A stretch of DNA of 63,590 nucleotides, filler included, from Hyphochytrium catenoides (GCA_900088475.1; 10 parts of 10 records of this genome joined end to end with filler, not necessarily neighbours in it); one strand, 5' to 3'. Shown: positions 13,047-25,621, numbered from the whole stretch's first letter. Numbers and translations are program-made. Notes: generated from the letters alone by a model not told the origin.

Positions 13047-13804
13047 TCGAGTTGCGTCGCAGCAGGAGATTAGGTCTCTTTTCATTTGTATGAGTATAGG
13101 CCGGAGAATGTTAAAAAGGGACTTGTGCAACAGAAGAATGTGACTCCTACGGAAGCTTAGGACTCCGTTTGGGAAGATGAGAGATGAGGTCCTCGCTTGC
13201 ATGCAGGCCAAGGCTATACATATTCACAACCACCGTCCTAGGGAAACCTCTTCCAAGGGCTCTAAGCGGGTCGATGAGATCGACGATAAGAAAGTAATTA
13301 AGAGTTTCTATTGGACAGAGAGAACAAAGAGGGTGCGGAGAGGGATGAATGTGCTTTGTAAGGATAATGGATATAGTAGTTCTGGAAGTTCCAGAGGCGA
13401 AACGAGAGGCAACGACAAAGTGACAGGTTGCACCGCCCTCTATAAGCAAAGGAGTTTAACAGGACTAAGAGAAGACTAAGACAGGTAGAGAGATGCTGCG
13501 AAAAAAGGAAGAAGAGGGTGTTATCCTGATGCATATACACTACTTAAGATCCCGGAAAGGTGCCTTCTTAGTCCCGCGATGCCTAAAACAAGGCTCCAAT
13601 GGCCTGCCGCAGGACGACAGGACCTCTGCTTAAGATAATGGTGGGTAGCTCTATATCCCCCTCTCTCGCCTCACATCACACATACATAGAACTAGAGCAA
13701 TAGTCTGTGGCAATGTCGAGCACCACCACATGCAATACTTCTACCAGCGTCCAGGCCAGGCCGGGCCAACAGCAAGTTGGAACACTCACAGCCTCTGGGT
13801 TAGC

Positions 13805-13872
13805 AGAGCAAGCAAGCAGCAGCAGCAGCACCCAGTAGCAGCAGCACTGAGTAGCAGCAGCAGCAGCAGCAG
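13805..13872. repeat. Imperfect (CAG)n trinucleotide tract
   Basis: Visible agc/cag runs. Confidence 0.8.
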
Positions 13873-14565
13873 TGGCGGTGATGAGTAGATGACCCAGCAG
13901 TTCCAGGAGCGGCCAGCCAGGCGAAGCGACGAGGAGGAGGAAGGGAGGCGGCGGAGGGGAAGGTGGCGAGAGAGACGGTTGCAGCCTCACATCGCTCTCA
14001 CTCCCCGTATCTCGCTCATACCTCTACAGAATGCCACTGGTATCTACATCTGAAGTTAGACCATATAGAAAACACAATGTTGCTTGACTCTGTCTCTGCT
14101 ATAGTGGACTCTGACTCATGCTCTGTCTCGGCCCTTAATTGTCACTTGCATCCCACATAACATACAGGGCCAGGAGATGGAAACTCCGTGATATGACCTT
14201 TTCATACGTAGGTCCATGGACCGGTTAACTGTACATAAGCCCTATCGTTACCTTAACGTAAAACCGGAGTAACCGAAGGGTAGGGTTGACTCGAACTGTA
14301 CACAGGGTGGGTGGGTGCGTGAGGATCGGAATGGTAAGGAGGGCTCAGAGGATGAGTGGATGGGTGGGGATGAGCATCCTGAGGAATGCTGAGCTGCCTT
14401 CTGATGTCGCTTTTTCTTGGTTGAAGACGAGACAGAGTGGGAATAGATGAACGGAAATTGTGTAAAAAGGGTGAGGATGGGCGAGCTAGAGGAGAGAGAG
14501 ATAACTAAGAGAGGAGGAAGTAGAGGGAGGGAGGGAGAGAGGGAGGATCAGGGGAGGAAACCACT

Positions 14566-14665
14566 NNNNNNNNNNNNNNNNNNNNNNNNNNNNNNNNNNN
14601 NNNNNNNNNTTAATTAATTAANNNNNNNNNNNNNNNNNNNNNNNNNNNNNNNNNNNNNNNNNNNN
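14566..14665. other. Artificial contig spacer N44-TTAATTAATTAA-N44
   Basis: Identical 100-nt six-frame-stop linker, also at 18981-19080, 25522-25621, 29008-29107, 37077-37176, 45865-45964, 47407-47506, 54731-54830 and 58384-58483. Confidence 0.98.
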
Positions 14666-17600
14666 GTCGATCTCTTAGCGCTGTCAAAGCTTCAGTGACC
14701 CCACTCGAGTCTGCCTTGAGCTCTAAAAGAGCCTGAAGATCCTGTACGTTGACTTTCAGAAGGAGCTCCTTTTGCACCTGAGCTAGAGCAGTCCTCCACT
14801 CTATGTCCTTGTTGCTATGCAGTTGCTAGAGAGGGAGCAGGCGAGGCGAGGAGGAGTGAGAGCTTTCAAATGAAGTAGAGTACTGATGGAAGAGAATGGG
14901 CTGAGGAGAGAGTTATATCCTCAGGCACGAGAGTTCAGCACAGACCGAGAGAGAGTAGTCAAAGCAACAGAGAGAATGACCGGGACCGAAAGTGCAACAG
15001 AGGGAAATAAAGCCCAAGTAAGAAGGAGTGGGCGGCCCAACCTACCAGGTTCCTGATAACCTCCATCATCTCTTTCTTGGTAACTCTTTCTTCCGCAGTG
15101 GACTTGATGGCAAGCAGGTGCTCACGAATGGTGCTTGCATCCGCAGCGATCTTTTTGAGCTGTAGATCCAACCGGGCAGAGAGAAGTAGAGCGTCAGCGA
15201 CAGCACACTGAGGGAGTTGAGGATGCGTCCAGGTGAAACAAGGGGCAAAGAGGGGATGCATACGAAAAGGCGATGCAAGAGGGACACAGCGATGGGTTAT
15301 CCTAGTGATCCGCACCTCTTCCGATGTTGACCTTTTGAGTTCTTGCATGCTTTCTAAGGCCGTGCCTTCTATCTGCTTAGCAACTGAGACTACATTTGAG
15401 GCAGTCAGCATCATGAGAGGATTCACTATAGGATGTATTTAGAGGCTAACCTGAGGCTTGGACGGCCTGGCCAAGGGCCTCTCGGACACCAGTCTTCGTG
15501 GCCTTTTCAGCCAACATCTGAGTTACTTCCTCTTTAGATGGATGCAAACAATGGATAGAAATGGAAACAGCCGCGAAAGAAGTTTGTGAGTTAGACGGGA
15601 GCTCACGAGAAGGAGATATCATTAGCCAGACGCTGATAGTGAAAAGATGAACGGCAATTCCTGGGAGAAAGAGATGAATGAAGGGAGAGACGTTGGAAGG
15701 AAGACACAGCACAAGGAGGGAGATTGTCCTCGACAGGCACCGGAAGCACGGAGCAAAAGAAAGAGGAAGAATTAAGGCTACGACAACAGTTAGTAGTCCA
15801 GACACAGTCTGAGCGCACCGATGTCGGCTTTTGGTCCCAAAAGCTGCTGGACCTCGTGTCTGCTTACTGTCTGACTCTTGAGGCCTGTCATATCTCTTTG
15901 CATTGCAGAGACGGCGACCCGTACTTCGTCTGCCACTTCCTCTGTATATTGCTGCAGCCGAGCCTCGAAGCCTGTGTAAGACATCTAAACAAGATATCAG
16001 GATGAGGCTCCGTGAAGAGAGTCTCTTTCTTGTCTCTTTCCTTGCCTCTCTTTGCCTGGTTATGTCTCCCTTAGTACCCTTCAAAGAGCATCGTCACACG
16101 TTCTTTGCTCTTCACCGCGCACTATCCAGATGCCGCTGCCTCATTCCCAACTTCTTGCATTGACCTTGACCGTACCTTGTCTGAAAGCAACTCATCTAGT
16201 TCGGTCCTCTCCACCATGGTAGCTAGTCGAGCCTCAAGGTCCTCTTCTGATATTCTGCTCTTCTACAGCGACAAGTGCAAAAAGGCGTGAGATGCTTGGC
16301 AGGTGCGTTGAACCAGAGACGCAGTGCCTGCTTAGCTGCGACTTACAATGAGGGTCTTCAGTTCCGCCAGCTGCTGCCTCCACTCTCCCTCTTTCCTAGA
16401 CAGCTCTCCCCTCCACACCACTGTAACTTCCTCAGCACCCTCCTGCACCTGTCGACTCACTAGCTCCCTCACATCGCTGGAGAGTCAGAGACAGAGAAAG
16501 AGAGTGTAAGAGAAAAGAAAGAGAGAAAAGAGAGAGCGATAGACAGACCGAAAGGCAGGGATAGGGAGAGACAGAGAAAGGGAGAGGACAGAGGACAGAA
16601 ATAGTGAGAGTGAGAGAGCGCGACAGAGAGATCGGGAGGGAGAGAGAGAACGAAAGAAAGAACGAAAGAGAGAGAGAGAGAGAAAAGAAAAGAGAGAAAG
16701 AGGGAGAGAGAGAGTATAAACGAGAAAAGGAGCGAGGAGTGGATTAGGTCTGAATAGAGATAATGATGCCAGAAACCAAGAGAAAGACTGTCCTCGAAGC
16801 TCTAACAAGCTGCTAATTTTAAAGCACCGCCTTCAGTTGCGAGGAAGAAAGAGGAGACACTGCCCAAAGTAAAATAGAAAGATCAGTGGCAGCAGACAAT
16901 CAGCAAGAAGGCCTCAAGCCGAATGAGCAGGAAGTAGAGGAGTCTGTACAAAAGACAGGCTCTGATCACAGAGAATCATCCACTTCTTCTCTCTCACCTC
17001 CACTTCACCTTCTCAATGGAGGACGTGGCCCAAGGCCCAAGGCCAGCAGAGTCTTCCGTCTCTGCCTTCATCTTCTTAAGATCCGCAATCCGATCGTTCG
17101 TCCGTCTCAGGTCCTCAACGTCAGCCTTATCCTTTAGTTTCCTTTGAAGCTGCAGAGATGTCAGAAGATTATAAGACAACGCAAGAAATATGAAGAAAAA
17201 GAGCAAGAAAGAAAAAGAGAGAGAGAGGAAAAGAAAGAGAAATATGAGCAGATGGATTGAGATAGAGCAGAGCTACAGGGATAGAATAGGAGAAGATCAT
17301 TATACCAGGGCAGACGAGCCCAGAATCAGGTCGGAGCCGCGAAGAGACAGAGCGAGAGAGAGAGAGACAGACAAGGTGATAGAGCGAGAAAATAGCTGGC
17401 CGGCCTCTTCACCTCGTCGAGCCTAACCCTGAGGTCCGAGGTCGAGAGTACACTCCTTGCTTCCTCTACATCGCCAGCCAGCAGCCGCTGCTCTGCTTGG
17501 ACTTTCCGCAGCTCTTCCTACGGTCGCATGGTGTGTGAGCCCCGTAAGAAAGAGAGAGAGAGGGGGAGAGAACGAGATAGAAGAGGGAGAGAGAGCGGAC

Positions 17601-18317
17601 AGGAGAGAGAGCTGAGAGCAGGCAGAAGGGAGAGGAAGCCAGAAGGGCTAATTGAGGCGGTAGAGATAGATAAGGAAGCCGGAGCAGAAGAGAAAGCGAA
17701 GGGAGAAGTGGCCAGCCAAGAGGGTAAGATAGAGAAGACAAAGGCGCTCTACCTGGGTCACTAGCTTCTCAGAAATCTCCGCAATCTTCTTATCCATTTG
17801 GTGCACCTTTCCCACTGCAGAACTCATCTCTTCCTCGCCCTGCCTTCTTCTCTCCTCCGCCCTTTGAATCTGTCTCATCACCTCAGAGATTGCCGCCTCT
17901 GTCTCCCCTCTACCTGCTTTGTGGTCTAGCAGGCGCCCGAGCCGATCTAACCCAGAATCTAAGGTAGCAGCATCGGCTTTCTGCTTCAGCAAAGCTTCTA
18001 CCTGGAAGGAATAACAGAACGTAGACCGTTCTTCTCTGTCACTCTCGGTATCGTTCGTAACTCAGACTAAGAGCTTTCTTTACCTCTTGTCGGCTGGGAG
18101 TAAAGTCAATCCTTGCCTGCATGGCCCGAACCTGCTGCTCCAACTCCACAATGCTCTGTCTCTGCGTCCGAATCGTCTCATTCATGACACAGAGCGTGCG
18201 TCGGACGATTTCCTGGATATTGCGCCACTCCCCTGAGCCACTGCGCATGTGCTCTGGATGTAGGTAATCCGCCCCACGCGGTTCTAAGCCCTTCTCTGAG
18301 AACATGACGGACGCCAT
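14666..18317 (-). CDS. Long multi-exon coiled-coil protein with KA(D/T) pseudo-repeats, 3'-truncated by the spacer; uncharacterised, possibly cytoskeletal or flagellar
   Basis: Starts MASVMFSEKG...GEWRNIQEIVRRTLCVMNETIRTQRQSIVELEQQV. Further exons: LLKQKADAATLDSGLDRLGRLLDHKA, RKLKDKADVEDLRR, GPKADI|EEVTQMLAEKATK, LKKIAADASTIREHL. The GT-AG junctions I checked are phase-compatible. Confidence 0.75.
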
Positions 18318-18628
18318 CCTTCCTCTGTCAGGCAGATGGCTCCTACGTTAAGCTCCGGGCAAATCTTCGTCTGCAGACATCTGCAGCTGTCTGGGAGATG
18401 ATTTACAGATTTTTTTGAAAACGTTCAGTTCCATGAGCAAGCACCGCCTCATTCTGAATATAATGCGTTTATTGATGGTTATTGCGAAGGAGACGCTGCA
18501 CTATTCAGGACCAGTACAAGATGAAGCGACACAGAGATAGAGTGAAGAAGAAAATTCAAGGGAGACATACACCGGCAAGGGAGAGAGAAAGAAAGAGAGA
18601 GAGAGAGACAGAGAGAGAGAGACAGAGA

Positions 18629-18674
<46 letters not shown>

Positions 18675-18828
18675 AATATCAAGAGGGAGAAAGGACACCA
18701 AAGAGACAGCCGAGCAAAAGAGAGAGAGAGAGAGAGACAAAGTGAGGACTGTAGGAGCGTGCCAGAGAGGAAGTAGGCAAGATAGCATGCACATTCATAA
18801 AGCAAGCTCCATAGCTACTCCGAAAAGA

Positions 18829-18884
18829 GAGAGAGAAAGAAAGAGAGAGAAAGAAAGAGAGAGAAAGAAAGAGAGAGAAAGAAA
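18829..18884. repeat. 14-bp higher-order tandem repeat (GAGAGAGAAAGAAA)x4
   Basis: Four consecutive identical units. Confidence 0.85.
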
Positions 18885-19302
18885 GAGAGAGAGACAGAGA
18901 GAGAGATCGATCTAAGGGCCCCTGGGTCAGACGATGAAAAGGAAGTCTTCGTATTCGGTGCTTTTACTATCTATATATATNNNNNNNNNNNNNNNNNNNN
19001 NNNNNNNNNNNNNNNNNNNNNNNNTTAATTAATTAANNNNNNNNNNNNNNNNNNNNNNNNNNNNNNNNNNNNNNNNNNNNAGAGAGAGAGAGAGAAAGAG
19101 AAAAAGAGACAGAGAGAGAGAAACAGACAGAAGGCGAGAGAGGCAGAGAAAGAGAGCAAGAGAAAGACAGAACAGAGAGAGACGGACATACTGAGAGAGA
19201 GAGCGTGAGAAGAGGAAAGAGAGAGAGTGTGAGACAGAGAGGAGAGAGAGAAAATGAGGGAGAGAGAGAGAGATAGGGGGAGAGAGACAGAGAGAGAGAG
19301 AG

Positions 19303-19343
<41 letters not shown>

Positions 19344-19419
19344 GGGGGAGACAGAGAGAGAGAGGGAGACAGAGAGAGAGAGAGAAAACGAGGAAGTCTG
19401 TGGCAAGAGCAAAAGACGA

Positions 19420-19616
19420 GGTCCTTTATAGCTTGCTGCTGACAAATCTTGGGCGCCAGGTTCTTTGATGGACAATGGCTGCGCGGCGTTCTGACGCAGC
19501 AGTGCCGCTTGATGAGCACGGCGAGGAGGATTGCAAACCGAGCTCGCCAAGAATAAGAGAAGGGTCCACAAGCACAGAGTGAGGAGGAAGAGGGGTGACT
19601 GGGACTGAAGTTGCAT
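19420..19616 (-). CDS. First exon of a probable secreted or membrane protein (rest lost at the spacer)
   Basis: MQLQSQSPLFLLTLCLWTLLLFLASSVC is signal-peptide-like and is followed by non-repetitive coding-like sequence, then a CT-rich intron-like tract. Exon end approximate. Confidence 0.4.
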
Positions 19617-19668
19617 CAGCCAGATCTAGACACAGGACGTTCTTGGCTCAGTCTCTTTCCAAGCAGAA

Positions 19669-19706
<38 letters not shown>

Positions 19707-20034
19707 TCCTCTCTCTGGTTAAGCCGATCTTAGGGGTCGGCAGAGAAGCGTCGAGCCGGGAGAGCAGCTCATCCCCATGAGGGGTTGTACGCCCTCGACG
19801 GGCATCGAATCTTCTTTCTAGACTTACCTGAAGACCTCCTTCTCTCTCCCGGTCTCTCTCTCTCTTTCCGGCTCTTTCTTCGCCCTCTCTCTTCTTTCCT
19901 CTGCCATCACGCTTGGTTCATCTGTCTTCCCCTGCCTGTATATCGCTCTGTGACTGCCACATTTTCACTGCTACCGTGGCCCTCACAAGTGAGAGAGATT
20001 GTGCAAAGCCAGGGGCGATCTTGTGAAAGGAAGG

Positions 20035-22347
20035 ATGGTAAACATCTTGGCAGTATGCTACTCAGGTGAAGATGCTCTGCTTCGCTTTCTCCTCTCACTC
20101 TCTCTATCCTAACTCTCCTTCCCTGTGATCTTCCCTACTCTTCCTCCTTCTCTTTCACTATCTTCTCTCTTTTCCAACATCTCGACCAAGTTTCCACAGA
20201 GTCAGCCGCTCTCTCTCCCTCTCGCGTTATCTATCTATCTATCTCCCTCCCTCTCTTTCTCTCTCTCCTTACAAGCGCGCACTCTTCTCTCTCTCTTTCA
20301 TGGTTCTCCACTCTTTCTCTTCTCGAATATACCTTATTGTATCATCCTGTGCTTGTCTCTCTTCTCTCTCGGTTGGGCACCCAGTAATTCCCTCTCTCTC
20401 ATGTCTCTCTCGACGGCCTTCCTAACGTCTCTGCTTCTCTTTCGGTGTTCCATCGCAGTCGCCTTTGGTGTAGTGTCTCTGGCCTGTATGTTTGAGATCT
20501 ACAAGAGCTATTTGTAAGTGTGGGCCCAGGGAAGTGTCTCTCAGTCTATCAGAGGAGAGAGAGAGAGAGAGAGTGAGATGGTGTTTGTGAAAGAGACAGA
20601 GAGAGAGAGAGAGAGAAGGTTAAGAGGGGGAGAAGGAGAGAGAGATCGAAGGGAGGTGGAGAGAGGGAGAGAGGGAAAGACAGAGAAAGGATAAAGCAAA
20701 GGAACAATATCTAAATGAAACTGGGTTTAAAGGGAGGAAAGGAGCAAAGACTGATGTAAGACATACCACTTCGGCTCGTCTGAGAGAAAGATATGGAGGT
20801 CCACTAGAAGAGACAATAGTGGAAATATATTCTAAGCATATTTCTCTCTCTCTCTTTCTCTCTTTCAGAATCAAGCGGAAAGGTCGTTTAGGAGACTCTG
20901 GTGCCGCGGGTTGGAAGTATCGCACATACCTTCACGTCTTTCTTCTTCTGGGAAACATAGGTAATCCGCTTCTTTCTCCTTCTCATTCCTCTTTCTTTCT
21001 CTCTCTCTCTCTTCTCGGCCGTGCGGAGGGCAAATAGTAAGGGTCATCCTGTCTCCCTATGTTAGGGTAGCGCTTCTAAACTGTTCCTCCTTATACACAT
21101 CTCTCTCTCTCTGTCTCTCAGTTCGGTCTCTCATATTCTCTCTCTCTTCCTCTTTCTCCCTCCGTGTCTCTCTTTCTTCCTTCTCTCCCCACCTTCTTGC
21201 TCTTTTCCTTATCTCTTTTTGACTTTAATGTCTCTTGCGCCTCTCTCCCTCCACACTGGCCTTACTCCACTTTCCTTTTTTCGCTCTCCTTTTTCAAAGG
21301 TCTCTCCTTTCTCCGCCTCCGTCTACCATTATGCTCATTGGTAGACTCAACCACTTTCTCTTCTCTCTCTGTCTTCCCTCGGCAGGCCAGGCCATTGCTT
21401 TCGGTCTGCAGGTGTCCAAATGGGAGGACACTTACAGCTGGAAGCATCCTGTGGGCCTGTGGTATGTCATCATCCTCACGGCCCCGTCTCTCCTCTTTCT
21501 CTCGGCCTTTTCCATCGTCCTGCAGTTCTGGACGTCTCTTCTCTATGTGAACCAGCCAGAGTGGCTGCCTACCATCAAACACACGCTCTTTGGCTTCAAC
21601 GCCACAGTTTATCTTCTCTTCTCTCTCCTTCTTCTCCTGGGGTTCCTGCGCAACGACGCTCTTCTCTTTGAAGAAGGCTCTTCAGTCTTAACAGCAGTCT
21701 GCCAGCTGCTTCTCGCCTCTCTCTCTGGCTATGTGGGTCTCTCTCTCTATCGGAAAATCTCTCCAGGAGATGCGCAGAGGGAGAGAAGAGATGCAGAAAG
21801 TAGGAGAAATGTGGGAAGACGGATCCTTGTTCTCTGCTTTATCATAGTTCAAGCGCTCATTATGCGCTCAATTTTTTCTATCCTGGTGGCCGTGCATGTT
21901 ATCCGCATCGCTGACAGCAATGGAAGCATGAAGATTAGAGCAGCAGCGGTAACTACCGCGCTCTGTGAGCTTCTTCCCTCTGTAGCTATCCTGGTATCTA
22001 CCAGGGTAAAGAACACTGGAGGCGGAAGAGGAGAGAGAAGAGAGTTGCACTCGTCTCCTCTCCTCGTCTCGGATGATGAAGAGCAAGGCCTTGGAAGAGG
22101 AGGAGGCGGAGAAAGAGGAGAGAAGATGAAAGCTGGAGGAGGTCCACCAAGAACAGAGCCTTTCCATATCTACCATGGCGGAGAGAGAGAGAGAGAACTG
22201 CTTCTCTCCTGGTCATCTGCAGGTGTGACTGGCTCGTCTACCTCTTCAGGTGGAGGTCCCGGCAGCGCGGAGAGGGCCAAGTATCACACTTTCAAAGACT
22301 TTACCAAGGCATCACCTAGGGAAGAAGAGAAAAATGGGAAGGAATAG
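20035..22347 (+). CDS. TOM1/THH1/TOM3 (DUF1084)-like multi-pass membrane protein
   Basis: Phase-compatible exons 20035-20065, 20459-20513, 20869-20960 and 21386-22347. About 6-7 hydrophobic segments. LTAPSLLFLSAFSIVLQFW and LCELLPSVAIL resemble the family motifs LPGLLFFSTYTLLVLFW and EILPSALVL. Low-complexity C-terminal tail. Confidence 0.75.
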
Positions 22348-22834
22348 ACGAATTATGGGGGAAGAGAGAGAGAGAAAAAGAGCCCGACAACAGATAAGAA
22401 AAATAAAGTCAGCGTCTCTCTTTTTGCTGTTATTGAGTTAAAAGACCCTCTGTCTCTCTCCATCCTACATTTGGTGCAGCACGCAGGTATCTCTGAAAAT
22501 TGCCTTTTCGACACCGTGCTGCTCCTCTCTTTCTTTCTCTCCCTCTCTCTCTCCTTCTTCTTGGCAAGCAGTTTTTGCTCTCTCTGGGCACAACGTCAAA
22601 CGGAAAAGGCCCATTGGCTTTCTACTTTTCTTTCTTTGCCTTGCTTTCTCTCTTTCTTGGAGCCTCGCTCCCTATCATCGTGGAGCCTCTCTCCCTTGGA
22701 CACGTTTTGGCATCTCGTACTCATACTCATCCTCCCCTCTGTGCCTCTCTTTCTCTCTCTTCTTTCCTCTGATTTTGCTTGAAACGGGTTCCTTCCTCTC
22801 CTTATTCCTCTCTTTATCTCCAAACTGGCTGTCG

Positions 22835-24651
22835 TTAGCCTGTGGCTCCTAGGGACAAGTCTCCATTGAGCTTCTTCCACTTTTCCTCCCAGAACTTGCT
22901 TGGATAGGGAGACGCAAAGGATGGATTCTCTGAGAAATGAGGCGGATGGAACCAATAGTTGAACGCAAGATGGCCTTTCTCTCCTTCTTTCTCTCCTTCC
23001 GTCCCTTCTCCGTTGCATGAGAGAGACTTAACCTCATGGAACCAACTGGCAGGAAGATAGAGCATGTCTCCTTGCTTTAGACGACATTGGAGGAGCGGGA
23101 GAGAGCGAGAGAGAGAGCTTGCACTTTTGGAACAAAAGCTGTTGGGCACCTCTTCTTCGTCTTCCTCTCTCTCTTCGTCCTTTCCTTGTTTATCTGGCTC
23201 CTCTTTCTCGACGTCTTCTTCGTTATCTTCTTCGTCATCCTCGCTCTCTTCTTCTCCTTCGTCAGGAATATGCGTGTCTCCCTCTTCGTCCTCTTCTTCA
23301 TCGTCAAAGTCGTCATCTTCTTCCTCTCCTATCCCTTCATCAAGCAGTTCTGCCATTATCTCGTCCAGTCTCTCTTCCGCTGCCTGAACCTTCTTCTTAG
23401 CACCTTTCTTCCCTGCTCGGGCCTCTTTCTCCGCTATCGCTAACTGCAAAGGAAATGGAACGTCAAGGAGTGTCGCTTGTGCCTATTCCAGNNNNNNNNN
23501 NNNNNNNNNNNNNNNNNNNNNNNNNNNNNNNNNNNNNNNNNNNNNNNNNNNNNNNNNNNNNNNNNNNNNNNNNNNNNNNNNNNNNNNNNNNNNNNNNNNN
23601 NTCCGTAGGAGACCCCTTCTCTCTCTTCAGCTAGCCTGTTTTTCTTCTCTCTCTCTCCCCTTTTCCTTTTCTCTCTCTCTCTCTCTGTCTCGCTCGCTCG
23701 TCCTTTGTCCTTTCTCGCTTTCACCCTTTATTCTTGTTCTCCTACCTCTCGCTCGACCGCTTCCTTCTCTTTCTCCAACTGGAACTTCTTCATATCTCTA
23801 AGGTCCACTCCATCCTCTGTCGTTGGGGCATTTCTATAGCTTATCAGCCCATTCGGCAGCACTCTGTCTATCTCCCCTTTCGTCTCTGTCTCTTCCGCAA
23901 AAAGGGGAGAGAGAAGAGAGAACTCTTTCTCTCCCCTGAGAAGAATGTACAGGTTGTCGTGGTAATCGTGGTGGAGAGGCGTGGATGAGAAAAAGAGAGT
24001 ATGCCCGAACCATATGTTCAGGTTCTGAGGGATAAGGTTGCCCATAAGAGAAGGACGAAGAGGAAAGTCTCCTCTCAGCTGGCGAAGTGGTGGGCCCATT
24101 ATCTCTTCCTCGATCAAGCTCTCTCCCATGCCTTTTTCTCTCTTCTCTCTTTCTCTCTCTCTCTCTTCCTTTCTCTTTCTCCTACTCTCTTCCTGGAGAG
24201 GATACTGCGTGGTGAGGTAGAAGTCCTCTTTCCCTTCTCTTATTGCTTGAAGGAAAGAAGAGAAAGTCATCGTCGTACACTGCCCCTTCCCAAAGTTTTC
24301 CTCTCTCTCTCTCCTGAACTCTACGCGGACTTTCTCTCTCCCTGCTCTCTCTTCCAAGTACTTGTTCGTCCATCTCTCTCCTGCTTTCCACGCCTTGTCC
24401 CTTATAAAGCCTGTTATAACGACAGGCTTTCGCTTTGCAATGTAGGAGTAGAAGAAAGACTCAGGAGAGAGAGACTCGATGGCTACTCTCTCCACCGAGG
24501 AAGAGGAGAGAGGAGAGTAGCCCCGGTATTGAATCTTTCTCTCTTTCAAAGAAGCAGTCTCTCTCCCTTCTCGCTTGCTGGCCTTGAGATGTGATGAGGG
24601 AGAAGACTCATGTGTCTTCTCTTCCTCTCGGCTCCTCTTTCTGTTGGGCAT
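22835..24651 (-). CDS. JmjC / Cupin_8 Fe(II)-2-oxoglutarate oxygenase (Jmj4/JMJD7-like) with long acidic insert
   Basis: Exons 24651-23746 and 23443-22835 (phase 0). Motifs YIAKRKPVVITG, FYLTTQY, NLIPQNLNIWFG, PLHHDYHDNLYILLRGEK (HxD) and LKQGDMLYLPASWFHEV (distal His), then AFNYWFHPP. Confidence 0.9.
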
Positions 24652-24886
24652 GATGCCTGCGAAGGAAAATCTCCGGCTTTGTCTTGCTTCCCTGTTTCTC
24701 ACTTCTTCTTCTTCTTCTCTCCCTTTCTCTCTCTCTGTTGTTTCTCTCCCCCTCTCCCGCAAAGGAAGGCGGCGCGGACGCGTTATCGTTGGTAGATGTA
24801 TGATGGAGGAGCGGAGCGAGCGAGAGGATCAGGTGAGGGAGAAACAAAGGAAAGAGAGCGAGAGAAGAAAGACACAGAGAGAGAGA

Positions 24887-24934
<48 letters not shown>

Positions 24935-25330
24935 CTTCAACCATCCATCCATCAGAAGCCTTTCCCCAGGAAACCTTGATATGAAATAAATGAATCAAAA
25001 CCCTTATAGTTCCAGCTACTATAGCCCTGAAACCTAAATCAATCGTTCATACGGAAAATTCCGCCAGCATCGAAAAGGTTCTGATCACTTGGGATTGGGA
25101 GAAGAGAGAGCAGAGAGAGAAGAGACAGAGAGAGAGAGAGACAGAGAAAGAGAGAGAGTGACAGAGAGAGAGAGAGAGAAAGAGACGAAGAGTGAGGGTG
25201 TGAGGAGAGACTTATTGGCAGGATACGGCTGGCTTGGTGCTGAGGGACCTGGTAGAGCTCTTCACTGGCGAATCTGTGCCTTTTGACAGAGCTCACAGCC
25301 GCGACAGAGACGCAGAAGAAAGGAGACAGT

Positions 25331-25521
25331 ATGGACTCCTCAGACACTGCTCATGAAGACCTTCGCTCGCTCTCCTTCTCTCTCTCAGCTGTCTCTCCCT
25401 CATCTGGCGTCCTTGGCAGGCGGGTCCTGACCTGGTATCGAGAGATGGCGCCCGCGAAGGCGGTGTTGGAGGCGTTAAAGGAGTTTGCCGTGGCTCAAAC
25501 GGAGGACTGGAGGAGTCTCGC
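25331..25521 (+). CDS. 5' fragment of an unknown protein, truncated by the spacer
   Basis: ATG at 25331, open to the contig end (...RRVLTWYREMAPAKAVLEALKEFAVAQTEDWRSL). Divergent from the JmjC gene. Confidence 0.4.
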
Positions 25522-25621
25522 NNNNNNNNNNNNNNNNNNNNNNNNNNNNNNNNNNNNNNNNNNNNTTAATTAATTAANNNNNNNNNNNNNNNNNNNNNNN
25601 NNNNNNNNNNNNNNNNNNNNN

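Noticed and set aside
22860-23443. Antisense ORFs over the JmjC, copia, GT71 and zinc-finger genes
   Set aside because: They are shadow frames of real coding sequence with no independent motifs.
24797-24818. 14-nt match (GGAGGAGCGGAGCG) to the start of the copia 3' LTR, as a possible solo LTR
   Set aside because: It is short and purine-rich in a GA-rich background. Only 24 nt of that LTR end are available, and no match to the other LTR stub was found nearby.
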